Positions 11,501-23,588 of a stretch of DNA of 64,000 bases are shown piece by piece (within the stretch, counting starts at the first letter, position 1; each line of letters starts with the position of its first letter). The stretch covers positions 142,538,001 to 142,602,000 of the forward strand of contig NC_043000.1 of assembly GCF_006345805.1 (NCBI RefSeq). The letters run 5' to 3'. The position numbers and the translations under genes are program-made. A model generated the notes under the pieces. The model was not told where the DNA came from. It worked only from the letters and a program-made list of their open reading frames with translations, and searched no databases. This DNA is from Octopus sinensis (Eukaryota).

Positions 11501-12146
11501 TCTTCACCTGTTAACAAGAAAAAACAGCCTGATGGATGTTAACAACTGTGTAGAAAACGAATATGACAAAAAAATTGCGCAAACGAACCTGGGGTGTGTA
11601 TGGAAAGGAGTTTCGTAAAATTCACAAGTTCCGATTTTTCCGTCATAACTTTCAGGAAAATGGATATATATTGATTTTTTTTAATAGAATCCTATGTTTT
11701 TAGTTATGGAGGATCCAATCGTGAAAATACATTTTCGAAAATCGCATTTTCAAAATTTCATTCCCCATTCAACTTTCACTTTTTCTGGAATTTTTTTTTT
11801 TTCGAAATATGTACGGAGAATAGGATTCTGATAAAAAAGTAAAATTTAAATTTTCCAACAACGAATATATATATATGTATATATATTCCCCCAACCCGCT
11901 TCCTTCCTTATTCTACGGCCTTGGCCTTCAAGCAGGATATCCATATGCTAGAAATAAACGACAAATCTTACAAAACTGCGATAACATAATGAACACCTAT
12001 TAGACTGGTTTTTTTTTTTCGTTTTAATGATTGGTTGTTTGAATGATCCTTTTACAGAAACAGACAAAACAACCGTTTTCACTTTTAGATATTTTAAAAT
12101 ACACAGACACACACACATTATACTCTATTTTAAATAAGCCGAAATA

Positions 12147-12420
12147 CAGCCCGTCCTTAACGTGTATGTTTAGTATACTAGAAATATCATTTATTAAACG
12201 TACAAAATATCTACTATTCTGATCATCTAATATTCTGCAAATGGGAAAATTATCCTCTGCAGTAGGAGGTGATAGTAGTTGATAGCACCTGAAAACAAAT
12301 CGATGGGGGAAATAACCCCGCGGTAGTGCGAGGGAATTTCCGAGATGCAGGTTGACTGGGAAGCTGGGGCCCATCAAAATTGTTTCCAATTGGGCTCCGC
12401 ACCTCCTAAGGTCGGGCCTG
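12147..12420. mobile_element. Possible hAT-like MITE
   Basis: CAGCCCGTCCTTAA (12147) versus the reverse complement of the right end, CAGGCCCGACCTTAG; GGGGCCC subterminal motif. No 8-bp TSD is seen. Confidence 0.35.
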
Positions 12421-13055
12421 TTTGTATATATATATATTTATATCTGGTTTCAAATCTCACTTTCAACTACTTAGAAGATATAGTTTACTTCAAATTTAAA
12501 TGTTGTTCTCTAATACCATGTGTGGTATGCCTACACACACACGCACATACGCACATATTCATATATACGGAGAGAGTTGAAATATGTGTATGACAATCTA
12601 TTTCAAAAATGTTTCGATTCAAATAGTTAATAACTTTATTTAAATATTTTGTTAATCTTTTTTAAATATTTTGTCTGCTTCAAGTATTTTTTTTTTTTTT
12701 GCATAGTTCATATATATATAATTTTCCGAAATCCGAGAAAGACATTTCTGCAATTTCTTGCTGAACGATCTGGATTTGTTTATAGTAATCAAACTTTTGC
12801 GCTGTACAATGGCTTACTCCCTCTATCAAACAGACGGCGCGCGAGCAGGTGCATGGTGTGCCACGCGTTTTATGTCGAAGTCATCAGAAAATAACGTGAG
12901 ATGATGTGATTTGCTGAGGAACACGACGAACAAACGCTATTATGAATGCAACACTCCAGCACCTACGGCATGCGTCTTCACGCTACATTTGTAAATGTGT
13001 GAGTATGTGCGTTCTAAGCCATAGAAATCTATCTCTAAGACATAGAAATCTATAC

Positions 13056-13635
13056 AAGGCGGCGAGATTGCAGAAACGTTAGCAAGCCGGGCTCAATGCT
13101 TAGCGGTATTTCGTCTGCCGTTACTTTCTGAGTTGAAATTCCGCCGAGGTCGACTTTGCCTTTCATCCTTTCGGGGTCGATAAATTAAGTACCAGTTACG
13201 CACTGGAGTCGATATAATCGACTTAATCCCTCTGCCTGTCTTTCTTTGTCCCCTCCGTGTTTAGCCCTTTGTAGGTAGTAAAGAAATAGGTATTTCGTCT
13301 GCCGTTGCGTTCAAATTCAGCCGAGGTCGACTTTGCCTTTCATCCTTTCGGGATCAATGTAATCGACTTAATCCGTGTTTTTGTCCTTGTTTGTCCTCTC
13401 TGTGTTTAGCCCCTTTTGGGTAGTAAAGAAATAGGTATTTCGTCTGCCGTTACGTTCTGAGTTCAAATTCCGCCGAGATCGACTTTGCCTGTCATCCTTT
13501 CGGGGTCGATTAAATAAGTACCAGTTACGCACTGGGGTCGATATAATCGCCTTAATTTATTTGTTCGTTTGTCTTTCTTTGTCCCCTCTGTGTGTAGCCC
13601 CTAATGGGCAGTAAAGAAATAAAGAAATAAGAAAT
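13056..13635 (+). mobile_element. SINE-B trimer (head plus three body units)
   Basis: GGCGGCGAG head, B-box-like GAGTTCAAATTCC. Units restart at 13289 and 13434 with GGTATTTCGTCTGCCG. AAAGAAAT tail; AGAAATCTA on both flanks. Confidence 0.9.
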
Positions 13636-14189
13636 CTACCTTGTCGACAAGAGTGTCTATTCAACATTTCTTGCAATGATATAAGTATTCATAATGATAA
13701 TAACTTAAAGCGGCAGCGATTATTAAGCGATTCAGACAAAACACCTCTCTTTTTAGACATCATAACAGTAAACAAACAGGAAAATTAAACTGTTCAAGAA
13801 CATGTATTATTAATGCATATGCCATTGTAAGACAAAAATCTAAGCCACATCTATCAGAGATCGCTGAAGTACTAACTGAAATTGCAGTGTATTTTGACTT
13901 TAATCAAGACCGGTATCTTTCTCCAAAACGAGTAGAAAATTTTCTCAATGGATTATATGAAAAAAGATGAAGAGCTTTTGGGATCTAAAATAACCAGACT
14001 ATTCGCATTTCAATACAATGACATTGTATCAGCAAGATACGTTTCTAGAGATGAAATATGCTGCTTTAGCGATCAAAATCAACCATCAAAAACACGCAGC
14101 AAATAACAGTATAAACAGCTCAATAGATTCTGCCTTTGAGAGAATAACTAAACACATGAACCACGTTCGAAAGCAAAATGGTTGCAAGA

Positions 14190-14490
14190 ACAAAGTGATA
14201 AGAATGCCGCCAATACAAGGACACGCTTACGAACAAACAGAAATGAGCAAATACAAAAATAGTACAAAACACGACGTGCAACAAAATTTAAGGACTCTGT
14301 TCTTTACATTAACAAGCCAGTAGATGAAAAATGTTTATGACAAAGTGATAAGAATGCCGCCAATACAAGGACACGCTTAACAACAAGCAGAAATGTGCAA
14401 ATGCAAAAATAGCACAAAATACTATGCCTAAAAATTTAAGGTCTCTATTCTTTACATTAACAAGGCAGTAGATGAAAAATGTTTACGACA
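14190..14490. repeat. Tandem duplication, ~150-bp unit x2
   Basis: ACAAAGTGATAAGAATGCCGCCAATACAAGGACACGCTTA at 14190 and 14340. Confidence 0.9.
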
Positions 14491-14740
14491 GAGTTCAATA
14501 CAAAACCTAGTGACAAGATGCTACGTATGATCGACCAAACCTGAAAGAACACCAAATACAAATTAACGCTGCCAACATTTGGATATGTTCTGCTATACTG
14601 TGTTTCATTTACAAAGTTCCAAGAGACAGAAACATCTGGATAAAAAAGAAATAACTCACATTCAAATGTATTACTTCTTCTCTACCGAAAAATGTTCGGA
14701 CAAGGAGATGCTATAATTAGATGTAAAGAGAATAGTGGTT

Positions 14741-14892
14741 CAGGCGTGGCTGTGTGGTAAGAAGTTTAATTTCCAAATCAGGATTCAGCCTCACTGTGTG
14801 AACTTTGGGCTATTTTTTTCTACTATATCCTCATGCCAGCCCAAAGCTTTGTGAGTGGGTTAGATAGACTGAAACTGAAATAATTGCTTCGT
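14741..14892 (+). mobile_element. SINE-A 5' half (diverged)
   Basis: GGCGTGGCTGTGTGGTAAG...GAAACTGAAA then (CA)n. Confidence 0.7.
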
Positions 14893-14895
14893 ACA

Positions 14896-14938
<43 letters not shown>

Positions 14939-15168
14939 CACACACACACACAATGAGAATATTTCATAAGGAGTTTTTATCAGTCTCTAATCCTTAGGAT
15001 CACGACCGTTTTACAGGTTTCTTAGTGTATTAAATACGTTCAGCGTATAATAAATTGTTTACATGTCTGAACTAATATATGCTACCAATTCTACAATAAA
15101 ATAATATACTTACAAATCAATGCAGACAAAGAAAGCTACAATGTCAGATCACAAGAAGGTCATAGTTC

Positions 15169-16530
15169 CCTAAGATTCACAAGGATGGTATTCCATTAAG
15201 ACCTATAGTGAGCTGTAGAGGTTCAGCATGTCATCCACTGAGCTGCTTCCTTGTGGACATAATCAGTCCATTAGCAGGAAAGTCAACATCGTACGTGAAG
15301 AATTCCACCCACTTTACAGAAATGATTAAGGATACTCCCATTGAGAACAACCAGATGGTGAGTCTAGATGTGATAAGCTTGTTCACCAAAGTACCAACTG
15401 GTGAGGCTCTATCGTTGATACAAGAAAAACTAATGACAGGCACCCATCTAAAAGAACGCACTAGTATACCAATAAAAAACTTGATGGAAATGTTGACCTT
15501 CTGTGTAGAAACAATCTACTTCAGTAGGGACACTGATATATATCGATAAGAAGAGTGTTTAGTTATGGGTTCGCCATTATCACCGGTAAAAGCCAATATA
15601 TACATGGAATACTTTGAGAATTTGGCTTTAGGATCAACACCACTAAAACCAACACTATGGCTACGATATGTTGATGACACCTTTATACTCTGGCCCCACC
15701 AAGAAGATGTCCAAATGCTGTTAGATCATGTGAACTCAATAATGCCATCCATACAGTTCACAATGGAAAAGGAAAAAGATAATCAGCTGGCATTCCTGGA
15801 CGTATTAATAACACGCACCAAGTATGGATTCAGGACATCCGTATACCGCAAGCCGACCTTTACTGGACGATACCTCACCTTCAATTTCCACCATTCACAC
15901 AGTGTACAGAGAAAGATTGCTCAGTGCCTAAAACACCGAGCAAAGAATATAAGTAACGATCGTGATACACACCACGAAGAAATGATCAAGCTCAATAACG
16001 ATCTGTTAAGCAACAACTGCCTCAAAAGTATACTATCCACTCCAATTATGAAGAAGAGAGAGGATGAGGCCAATAAACTGTCCACAATCTGTCTACCTTT
16101 ATGTAAAGAGCTTCTCCGAAAAGATACAAAATATATGCGGCCCTTCGCAAATATCTCCTTCGAGTAAAACCACCAATAGAAGAGAATATGACCAAAGACT
16201 GCGTGTACTCCATCCCATGCAGCTGTGGTAGGTTATGCAAAGGCGAAGCATGCCGCCCCCTCAAAATAAGGGTAGACGAACATCGCAAAGCTGTGACACA
16301 AGGAAATATTGATAAATCGGGTAAAGCTGATCATGTATGTCAAAATGGAGACCACTTCCTTCTGTGGGATGGAGTTAAAATAATAGACAGAGAACAACAC
16401 TGGAAAATACAATAACTAAAAAACGCAGCACATATGCTAGGACACAACAACCTCCTAAGCAGACCGAGTGCACATATGAGCAGAATATGGGAACTGGTAT
16501 TAAGGAAGGATATAAAAATATGAGATTTAT
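15169..16530 (+). pseudogene. Penelope-like reverse transcriptase plus GIY-YIG endonuclease (stops and frameshifts)
   Basis: PKIHKDGIPLRPIVS, VSLDVISLFTKVP, MGSPLSP, LRYVDD, FLDV, VYRKPT, then CVYSIPCSCGRLCKGEACRPLKIRVDEH (ORFs 15208, 15565, 16188). Confidence 0.95.
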
Positions 16531-16561
16531 AAGCCCTAAAATTCACTCCGTAATAGCCCAC

Positions 16562-16635
16562 GGGCACATGGCGTAGTGGTTAAGAGTGCGAGCTACTAAC
16601 CCCAAGATTATGAGTTCAATTCCAAGCAGTGACCT
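16562..16635 (+). promoter_or_regulatory. tRNA-derived Pol III promoter-like segment in the Penelope 3' region
   Basis: A box TGGCGTAGTGG 16569-16579; B box GTTCAATTCC 16614-16623; 7-nt CTACTAA loop between them. Confidence 0.6.
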
Positions 16636-16703
16636 GAACAATAATAATAATAACAACATCGAAAAATACCTCAGGAATGAGAAACCTGGTTCGAAATTTC
16701 CCC

Positions 16704-16736
16704 AAGGCTGGAGGGTATATCAGTCGAAACGTTGTG
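16704..16736 (+). ncRNA. Half hammerhead motif (stem II plus CGAAAC plus palindromic AACGUU); CUGAUGA strand absent
   Basis: GGCUG(gagggtatat)CAGUC-GAAAC-GUU. Confidence 0.4.
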
Positions 16737-17178
16737 TTGACAACATATTCGTCGATATTTACATTATTATTATTAAATAATGCATAGTTACTCCTATGCA
16801 TCACTCCATCATCTCTACAAAATTATCTCTTTATATACAAAGTCTATGGAAGACAGAGACAAGATAAAATTAGCTTCGTAAACTCAGTAAAAATTTACTA
16901 AGGTTGTTTCATGTATTTGACCATCCTTGATGTTAACAAGAATATTGGGGGAGGAAGTAGAATAGTTATACTAAATATGAAAAAATATGGTTTTAAAATG
17001 CTTATGAATGTATATAAAATAGATAGTATAGAAGAACAGTAATTTACGAGTAGGTTTAAATGTTCAAAACACCGCACGTAAAAAGCTCATGGAACTGAAT
17101 TTTTATCACGTTTTCTAAATACACTTGAAAATATTACCCATTTCATTGCACTAAAATAATACACATAGCCACATAGAA

Positions 17179-17214
<36 letters not shown>

Positions 17215-17445
17215 TTCATATACTGAAATTACACAACCGCATTCATATGAGTGTATAGTCTTTTATCATTAATATACATACAGGCAACACGGAAACGAAC
17301 ATTAGCACACAAGTAGATGTGTGTAGATAATATAACTATGAATGCATAGAAAAACACATACATACCGCTGTATGCATACGAATATATCATACATGCACTT
17401 ATAAACACATATACATACAAATATACAAATATACAAAAACATACA

Positions 17446-17519
<74 letters not shown>

Positions 17520-17524
17520 TGTAT

Positions 17525-17559
17525 GTAGTTGTTTAGGTCTGTATCTGCACAGGATTTAC

Positions 17560-17600
<41 letters not shown>

Positions 17601-17632
17601 AATCCTGTGCAGATACACACCTAAACAACTAC
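17525..17632. repeat. 108-bp near-perfect palindrome centred on (TA)n
   Basis: 37-bp arms GTAGTTGTTTAGGT(C/G)TGTATCTGCACAGGATTTACTA with 1 mismatch. Confidence 0.95.
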
Positions 17633-17877
17633 TTTCCACTGCACACACACATACATTTAAATATGCACAGATACACGTATAAACTTATATACAGATGTAT
17701 ATACACTCATAAATACGCAAACACACATGAATATAAACGAATATAAACACACGCATGTTTATTAAATATGCAAATTTAAATGTACATCCATACACTTAAA
17801 AATATATGGATACATACATACTCACATGTATGTATATATATATATACGTATGCATATATAAAAGCATACCAAAGAAC

Positions 17878-17926
<49 letters not shown>

Positions 17927-18561
17927 CACACATATATAGTAATGGGCCTACAGACGCTTAGAAATACATAAATGTAGACATACACATGTACAGATACACA
18001 CACAGATACACACACACACAGAAATACACACACACACACACATATATCTTAATATAACAATTATGAATATGGGCCCATTTTGAAGTATATGCATATAAAC
18101 TCAGCCAGTTCTTAATAGTTGAAACTATACAACTCTAGTAGATTCAATCTGTCAAGTGGATGATAAAAGTAAATTTAATGAATCATGCAGAATAATAAAA
18201 AGGAAACAATATCTAAGATAGAGGCAAACAGAAGTACACAGAGGTCTCAAGGGGTAGAATTACAGAACCATGTGATCATTAGAGAATAGCAGCTTCAATA
18301 ATTTGTGTGCGTGTGCGCGCGCTTATTTGTGCGTGCGTGTTCCTACGTGTGTGTGTAATATAGCTCAGGCATTAAATATGGGTATAATATACTGGACTGT
18401 TTTACATCAATGGGTAAAAAGTATTTTTACAAATAGAAGAATGTCTGAATGTTGACTAAGACATTATCTATTAGTAAGGGGAGATCAAATTATGGTTAAC
18501 ACAGATAAGGATTTTTTTCATTTGTAGTGATGTAAGTTATAAATTTTATTAGTGTAGTTCT

Positions 18562-18958
18562 TGTTTCTTCATTACCCGCAAGGGGCTAAACAGAGATGGG
18601 ACAAACGAGGACAGACAAAGGGATTAAGTCGATTACATCGACCCCAGTGCACAATTGGTACTTAATTTATCGACCCTGAAAGGACGAAAGGCAAATTCGA
18701 CCTCGGAAGAATTTGAACTCAGAACGTAACGGCAGACAAAATACCTATTTCTTTACTACCCACAAGGGTCTAAACACAGAGAGGACAAACAAGGACAGAC
18801 AAACGGGTTAAGTCGATTACATCGACTCCAGTGCGTAACTGGTACTTACTTAATCGACCCCGAAAGGATGAAAGGCAAAGTCGACCTCGGCGGAATTTGA
18901 ACTCAGAACGTAGCGGTAGACGAAATACTGCTAACGTTTCTGCCAGCTCGCCTTCTTC
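18562..18958 (-). mobile_element. SINE-B dimer with 16-bp TSD
   Basis: TSD TTATTAGTGTAGTTCT at 18546-18561 and 18959-18974. Confidence 0.9.
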
Positions 18959-19352
18959 TTATTAGTGTAGTTCTGATAATAAAATGTAAGGTTAAGCATA
19001 CTTAGCATATGGTAATGATTTGTTTTTAAGGTGCTAGTACTTTTACAAATAACAAACTGTCTGAATACGGTCTAATATGTTATTACGTATCCCTGAGGTG
19101 AAAACAAATTGTGTAGGCACGGAATTAGTCAATTGAATTGATTTAATTGACTAATTCCATGCCTTTATGTAGTTTATTAGTGTAGGTGTAATGATAATGT
19201 ATAGGTGTAGCTAGCATACAGGAACGATTTGTATTAAGGTGTGGACATGAATGGACAATAAGTGTTTTATACGCGTGGAATGTGGAACGGCATGCTTAAA
19301 TGGATAATTTAATCACGCGGTAAGTTGAATATGATGGAGCAGCAATGAAGCA

Positions 19353-19795
19353 CTTATACTTTTACTGTTTTCAACCAACAGATTGCGGTCGTGCTGCAGC
19401 ATCACATTAAAAGAATTTTCTGGAACGAGTCAAACATTGGTGCCTATATTTATTAAACCAGGTACTTATTCTATCGGTCTCTTTTCCCGAAACCTTAAGT
19501 TACGCAGACAAACATAGACACAAAGACACACACATACATACATACATATATACATACATACATATATACATACATACATACATGCATACATACATACATA
19601 CATACACGCAAACACACATATAGATATATGCACGACGAGCTTCTAACATTTTCCGTCTACCAAATCAACTCACAAGGCTTTGGTCGCTCCGAGCCTATAG
19701 TAGAAGACCTTTGCAAAAGGTGTCATGCAATAGGGATGCACCGGGAACCATGTGGTTGCGAGGCCAACCCCTTGCCATACAACCACGCCTGCGCC
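19353..19795 (-). mobile_element. SINE-A full length, diverged, with internal (CATA)n
   Basis: Both halves are recognisable in reverse complement around the microsatellite. Confidence 0.8.
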
Positions 19796-20449
19796 AATGC
19801 TTCAATTGCATCAAATACCCTACAAAGTAAATTCTTAATTTACTAAAATGACATCCTCATGCCATGATATGTATCAAACATAGGGTTATCAAGCAGCAGT
19901 TATCAACAACTCCACTTGAGTAGTGCAGATAATCTCAAGGATCCCGAATTTTCCAAAACTGATATTTCACTGAGGAAAATGACAGAAATATCAAGGAAAT
20001 ATCAAGAGATAACGAGATATAGGTTTAATGACTATTGAGTCCGAAACACGTGTATTCGATAACTATATTTGTGTGTGTTGTTTATATAAGGCCACTATCC
20101 ACTTAAAGTTACTTCTCTTAGTTCAGTTTTGGTTACCATACACAAATTACCTACACTTTTTTTGTAGTCCCTCAGCAACTGGAGATAAGGTCGATCAACT
20201 GTCACGTTGGTAACGGTTTTTGAGTCAGAAACATGTGTCCATAAATCTTAGCTTCTGGCAATAAGCCTATCATTTTCATTGACACCATGTCAGTTTTGGA
20301 GAATTTCTTGATTTATTTAGATTGTTTTGTCTTTGGAAAGGTAACTACTTTCAGTTGACAACTCGAAATTATTATACATTCACTGGAGGAGGAGATAATT
20401 ATAATAAATGATGAGAACGTTACATGATATTTTATATGAGCGTATATAT

Positions 20450-20493
<44 letters not shown>

Positions 20494-20640
20494 TGATTGT
20501 GTGTCTGCATAAATGTTTGTATATCTATATGTATATATGTGTGTGTGCGTATGTATGCCTGTATGCATATATATTTACATACATATAAATAGGTAGATAC
20601 AAAGATATAGTGTGTGAGAAACACACACACACACACACAT

Positions 20641-20676
<36 letters not shown>

Positions 20677-20699
20677 ACATACATACATACATACATACA

Positions 20700-20733
<34 letters not shown>

Positions 20734-21045
20734 CATGAGCTGTGGTTGTGTTTTGTGTTTCTTTGATGGGGTGTACGTTTGAGCAAAGTCACGGTCATAT
20801 ACGTATATATAAATTGATTCATTTGCTTGTATTACCTTATGAAATGTATCCTTGAAATTCAGACCGGCTCTGCTGGCCTATTACAAAAATATTGGGTACA
20901 TATTTCAGAGAGAGACATATGAAACCAAGCAGGTAGATATATGTGTTCTGCTAATAAGCACAGCGAAACACAACCAATGAAATGGAAGTCATTTCTCATG
21001 AGCTACTAGTCTTATATTTTATGAAGGTCGTAATTTTTCCTGTGT

Positions 21046-21052
21046 GTATTCT

Positions 21053-21151
<99 letters not shown>

Positions 21152-21195
21152 TATTATTATCATTATTTTTATTTTCATTATTGTTATTGTTATTA

Positions 21196-21233
<38 letters not shown>

Positions 21234-21315
21234 TATTATTATTATTATTATTATCATCATTATTTTTATTATTATTATTGTTATTGTTGTTATTATTATT
21301 ATTATTATTTTTTAG

Positions 21316-21365
<50 letters not shown>
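21046..21365. repeat. (CTT)n(ATT)n compound microsatellite
   Basis: Direct inspection. Confidence 0.95.
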
Positions 21366-21366
<1 letters not shown>

Positions 21367-21369
21367 TTT

Positions 21370-22276
21370 TTCCCCCGATTGAATTGTATTTTATTTCATC
21401 ATCTGACCGGGTCTGAACTAAAGACTTTAAGGTACGTACATATTAGATGGAGAGGAACTTCCTGAGAACGTGGGTGGTTGATGTCAATACCGTTTTTTGA
21501 GTCTCATAGATTGTTGGTTTCCCAAGTTCTTGTCAAAAAATCTGTCACTAACTTTCTTGATCATTCCCAGGACACCTACAACAACAGGGATGGTTTTAAG
21601 TTTTTAATTGCCACGTTCTAGATATCTCAATCTCCAGGTCCTTATATTTCGACAGCTTTTCAAATTATTATTAGTGCCTGCACCTTGTGCTTCAGCTTGA
21701 CTTTCTGAGATGGTACTGGCAATATTTTTTATTATCTCTAATTCTGCTGGTGTTAGACGGTTACTACGCATGTTGTTTCTGCGTGAGTTGGCTCATTTTT
21801 TGCACCGATATAACCACGAGTGCCATTCGCTACCATTTCTCTCCAGATATTGGAACACAACCAAGCTTTATTTCTTCCTGATTGGTGCAGTGCTGTGTAG
21901 AATGCAGTCATGGCTTGCTTATACTCCTCTCTCGTCCATCTACTAAGTGGTTCTTTTGGAGTTTGTTTTATTTGGTGTTCGTCTGAAGGTGTCAAGGTTG
22001 ATTTCTCGATTGTGATTTCTCTGAAGATCATTCTCAGAGACGTTTGTTCCAATTTTCAACTTTTCGACCTCAGGTTGCTCCTTCCCTAAGGAACGTGTCC
22101 CTTGGTGACCCGCGTGACAGACGATGCGGTATAATTTGTCTGGTCGATTATCATTTATTTGTTTGTCAGTTTGAACAGGGGAATCTCAGATGATTGTAAC
22201 CTGGCCGTTATCTAGGACCTTGTTTAGCACATGTTTACACAACTTATTGCCAGTTTCAATGTTATAATGTTGGCAT
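21370..22276 (-). mobile_element. R4/Dong-type (RLE) non-LTR retrotransposon remnant with scrambled domain order
   Basis: Minus strand: CQHYNIETGNK...VLDNGQVTII*DSPVQTDKQINDNRPD (22276-22138); N-terminal-like region with RWTREEYKQAMTAFY (~22130-21675); then FEKLSKYKDLEIEISRTW...THVLRKFLSI* and a 3' UTR. Confidence 0.8.
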
Positions 22277-22399
22277 ATTATTATTATTTTTATTATTATT
22301 GTTGTTGTTGTTGTTATTTTCATATACACACAACTATTATTATTAATGTTGTTGTCGGTGGTGGCGTTGTTGTTATTATTATCATTATCAAAATTCAGT

Positions 22400-22610
22400 A
22401 GTTTTATTTCTATTTCGCGCTTCCACTGAACAACCGAACGCAGCTCTACGTACCGTGGGTGTATACTGCGGTCTGTTTTAGTGTTAGTAGTTATACTGTA
22501 TCGAAAGTATTTTTTGGAGAATGTGTGCGGTGCTTAGCAGTGCTATTTTCTGTATGTTATGTATTTGAAAGTCCTTGTAATTTAGTTTGTGAATCTTTTT
22601 TTTAATATGC
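22400..22610 (-). mobile_element. R4/Dong-type 3' end, second subfamily
   Basis: HNIQKIALLSTAHILQKILSIQ plus UTR, ending at ATT repeats. Confidence 0.7.
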
Positions 22611-22871
22611 TTAATGCACTTGTTATAATAGGGATTCTTTCTTTCTCCAAACCCTACGTTTGAGTTATCTTCCTTTCTACATATTTCCATTTCGGCAGTT
22701 TTTCTGTTTCTTTTACAGGAACATTGTCATCTGTACGGAAAGATATGCTGATTGGAAAGCAGTTTTTTTTTCTTGATGATCCCCAACAATATATGAAATA
22801 TATATCTATCTGTCTGTCCGTTTGTCTGTCTGTCTATTTTTTTCTCTCTCTCTTACTCTCTGTACTACTAC

Positions 22872-22960
22872 ACAGCAAGCTTAGCATTTTATCCTTTCGA
22901 GGTCGATGAAATAAGTACCAGTTGAGTACTGGGGTTGATATAATCGTCGTGTCTCTCTAA
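22872..22960 (+). mobile_element. SINE-B body fragment
   Basis: ATCCTTTCGAGGTCGATGAAATAAGTACCAGTT. Confidence 0.7.
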
Positions 22961-22995
22961 TTGCTTTTGGCCATTTGCATATATTAAAAATTCTT

Positions 22996-23074
<79 letters not shown>

Positions 23075-23275
23075 TATGTTTGACTTTTGCTTTATATTTG
23101 TACAAGTTGGCTCCAAGTCTCACCCAGAGACCTCAAGAGACAACAGGCTGGAAGTTTATGTTGTTGTTATGCCTAGTGTGCCATATATTTAGTGGGGGGT
23201 GGTGTTGTACTAATGAATGTCTAAAAATAATTTTTTTTTTTAAACCGAAAATTATGTTTGTTTTAAACCTTGAGA

Positions 23276-23575
23276 TTACATAGAAAGTATTTTGCGTAGG
23301 ATATGAGCAGTTCCCATGAGCACTATCTTTTGAATTTCTGCCATTTTGGGGTTTCCTGGTATCTGAGTTAGGTAGCTATCAGCCCCTTTTGCTATCAATC
23401 CCAGGGCACCTATGACAACAGGTATTGTTTTAGTCTTCAGGTTCCACATTTTGCTGATTTCTATTTCAAGATCTTTATATTTGCTCAGTTTTTGGTAGGT
23501 CTTGACAGATACGTTTATATCGATTGGGACAGTCATATCAACGAGGAGGCATGTTCTTTGTTTGAAGTCTTTCAA
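23276..23575 (-). CDS. Restriction-like endonuclease C-terminus, separated from the RT frame by two 1-nt deletions
   Basis: NRPD...CLLVDMTVP...KLSKYKDLEIEISKMW...GTAHILRKILSM. Confidence 0.85.
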   Translation of the reverse strand: MKDFKQRTCLLVDMTVPIDINVSVKTYQKLSKYKDLEIEISKMWNLKTKTIPVVIGALGLIAKGADSYLTQIPGNPKMAEIQKIVLMGTAHILRKILSM

Positions 23576-23588
23576 TATGATGTCTGGC

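Noticed and set aside
11685-11830. 10-bp inverted repeat AGAATCCTAT/ATAGGATTCT in a transposon-like stretch
   Set aside because: No termini or TSD could be defined, and the repeat is too short to support a call.
12870-12895. CTGATGA followed by AAAACGCGT on the minus strand
   Set aside because: No stem II, GAAA is altered and position 17 would be G.
16562-16635. Functional tRNA gene
   Set aside because: A and B boxes are present, but the acceptor and anticodon stems do not pair well; treated as tRNA-derived only.
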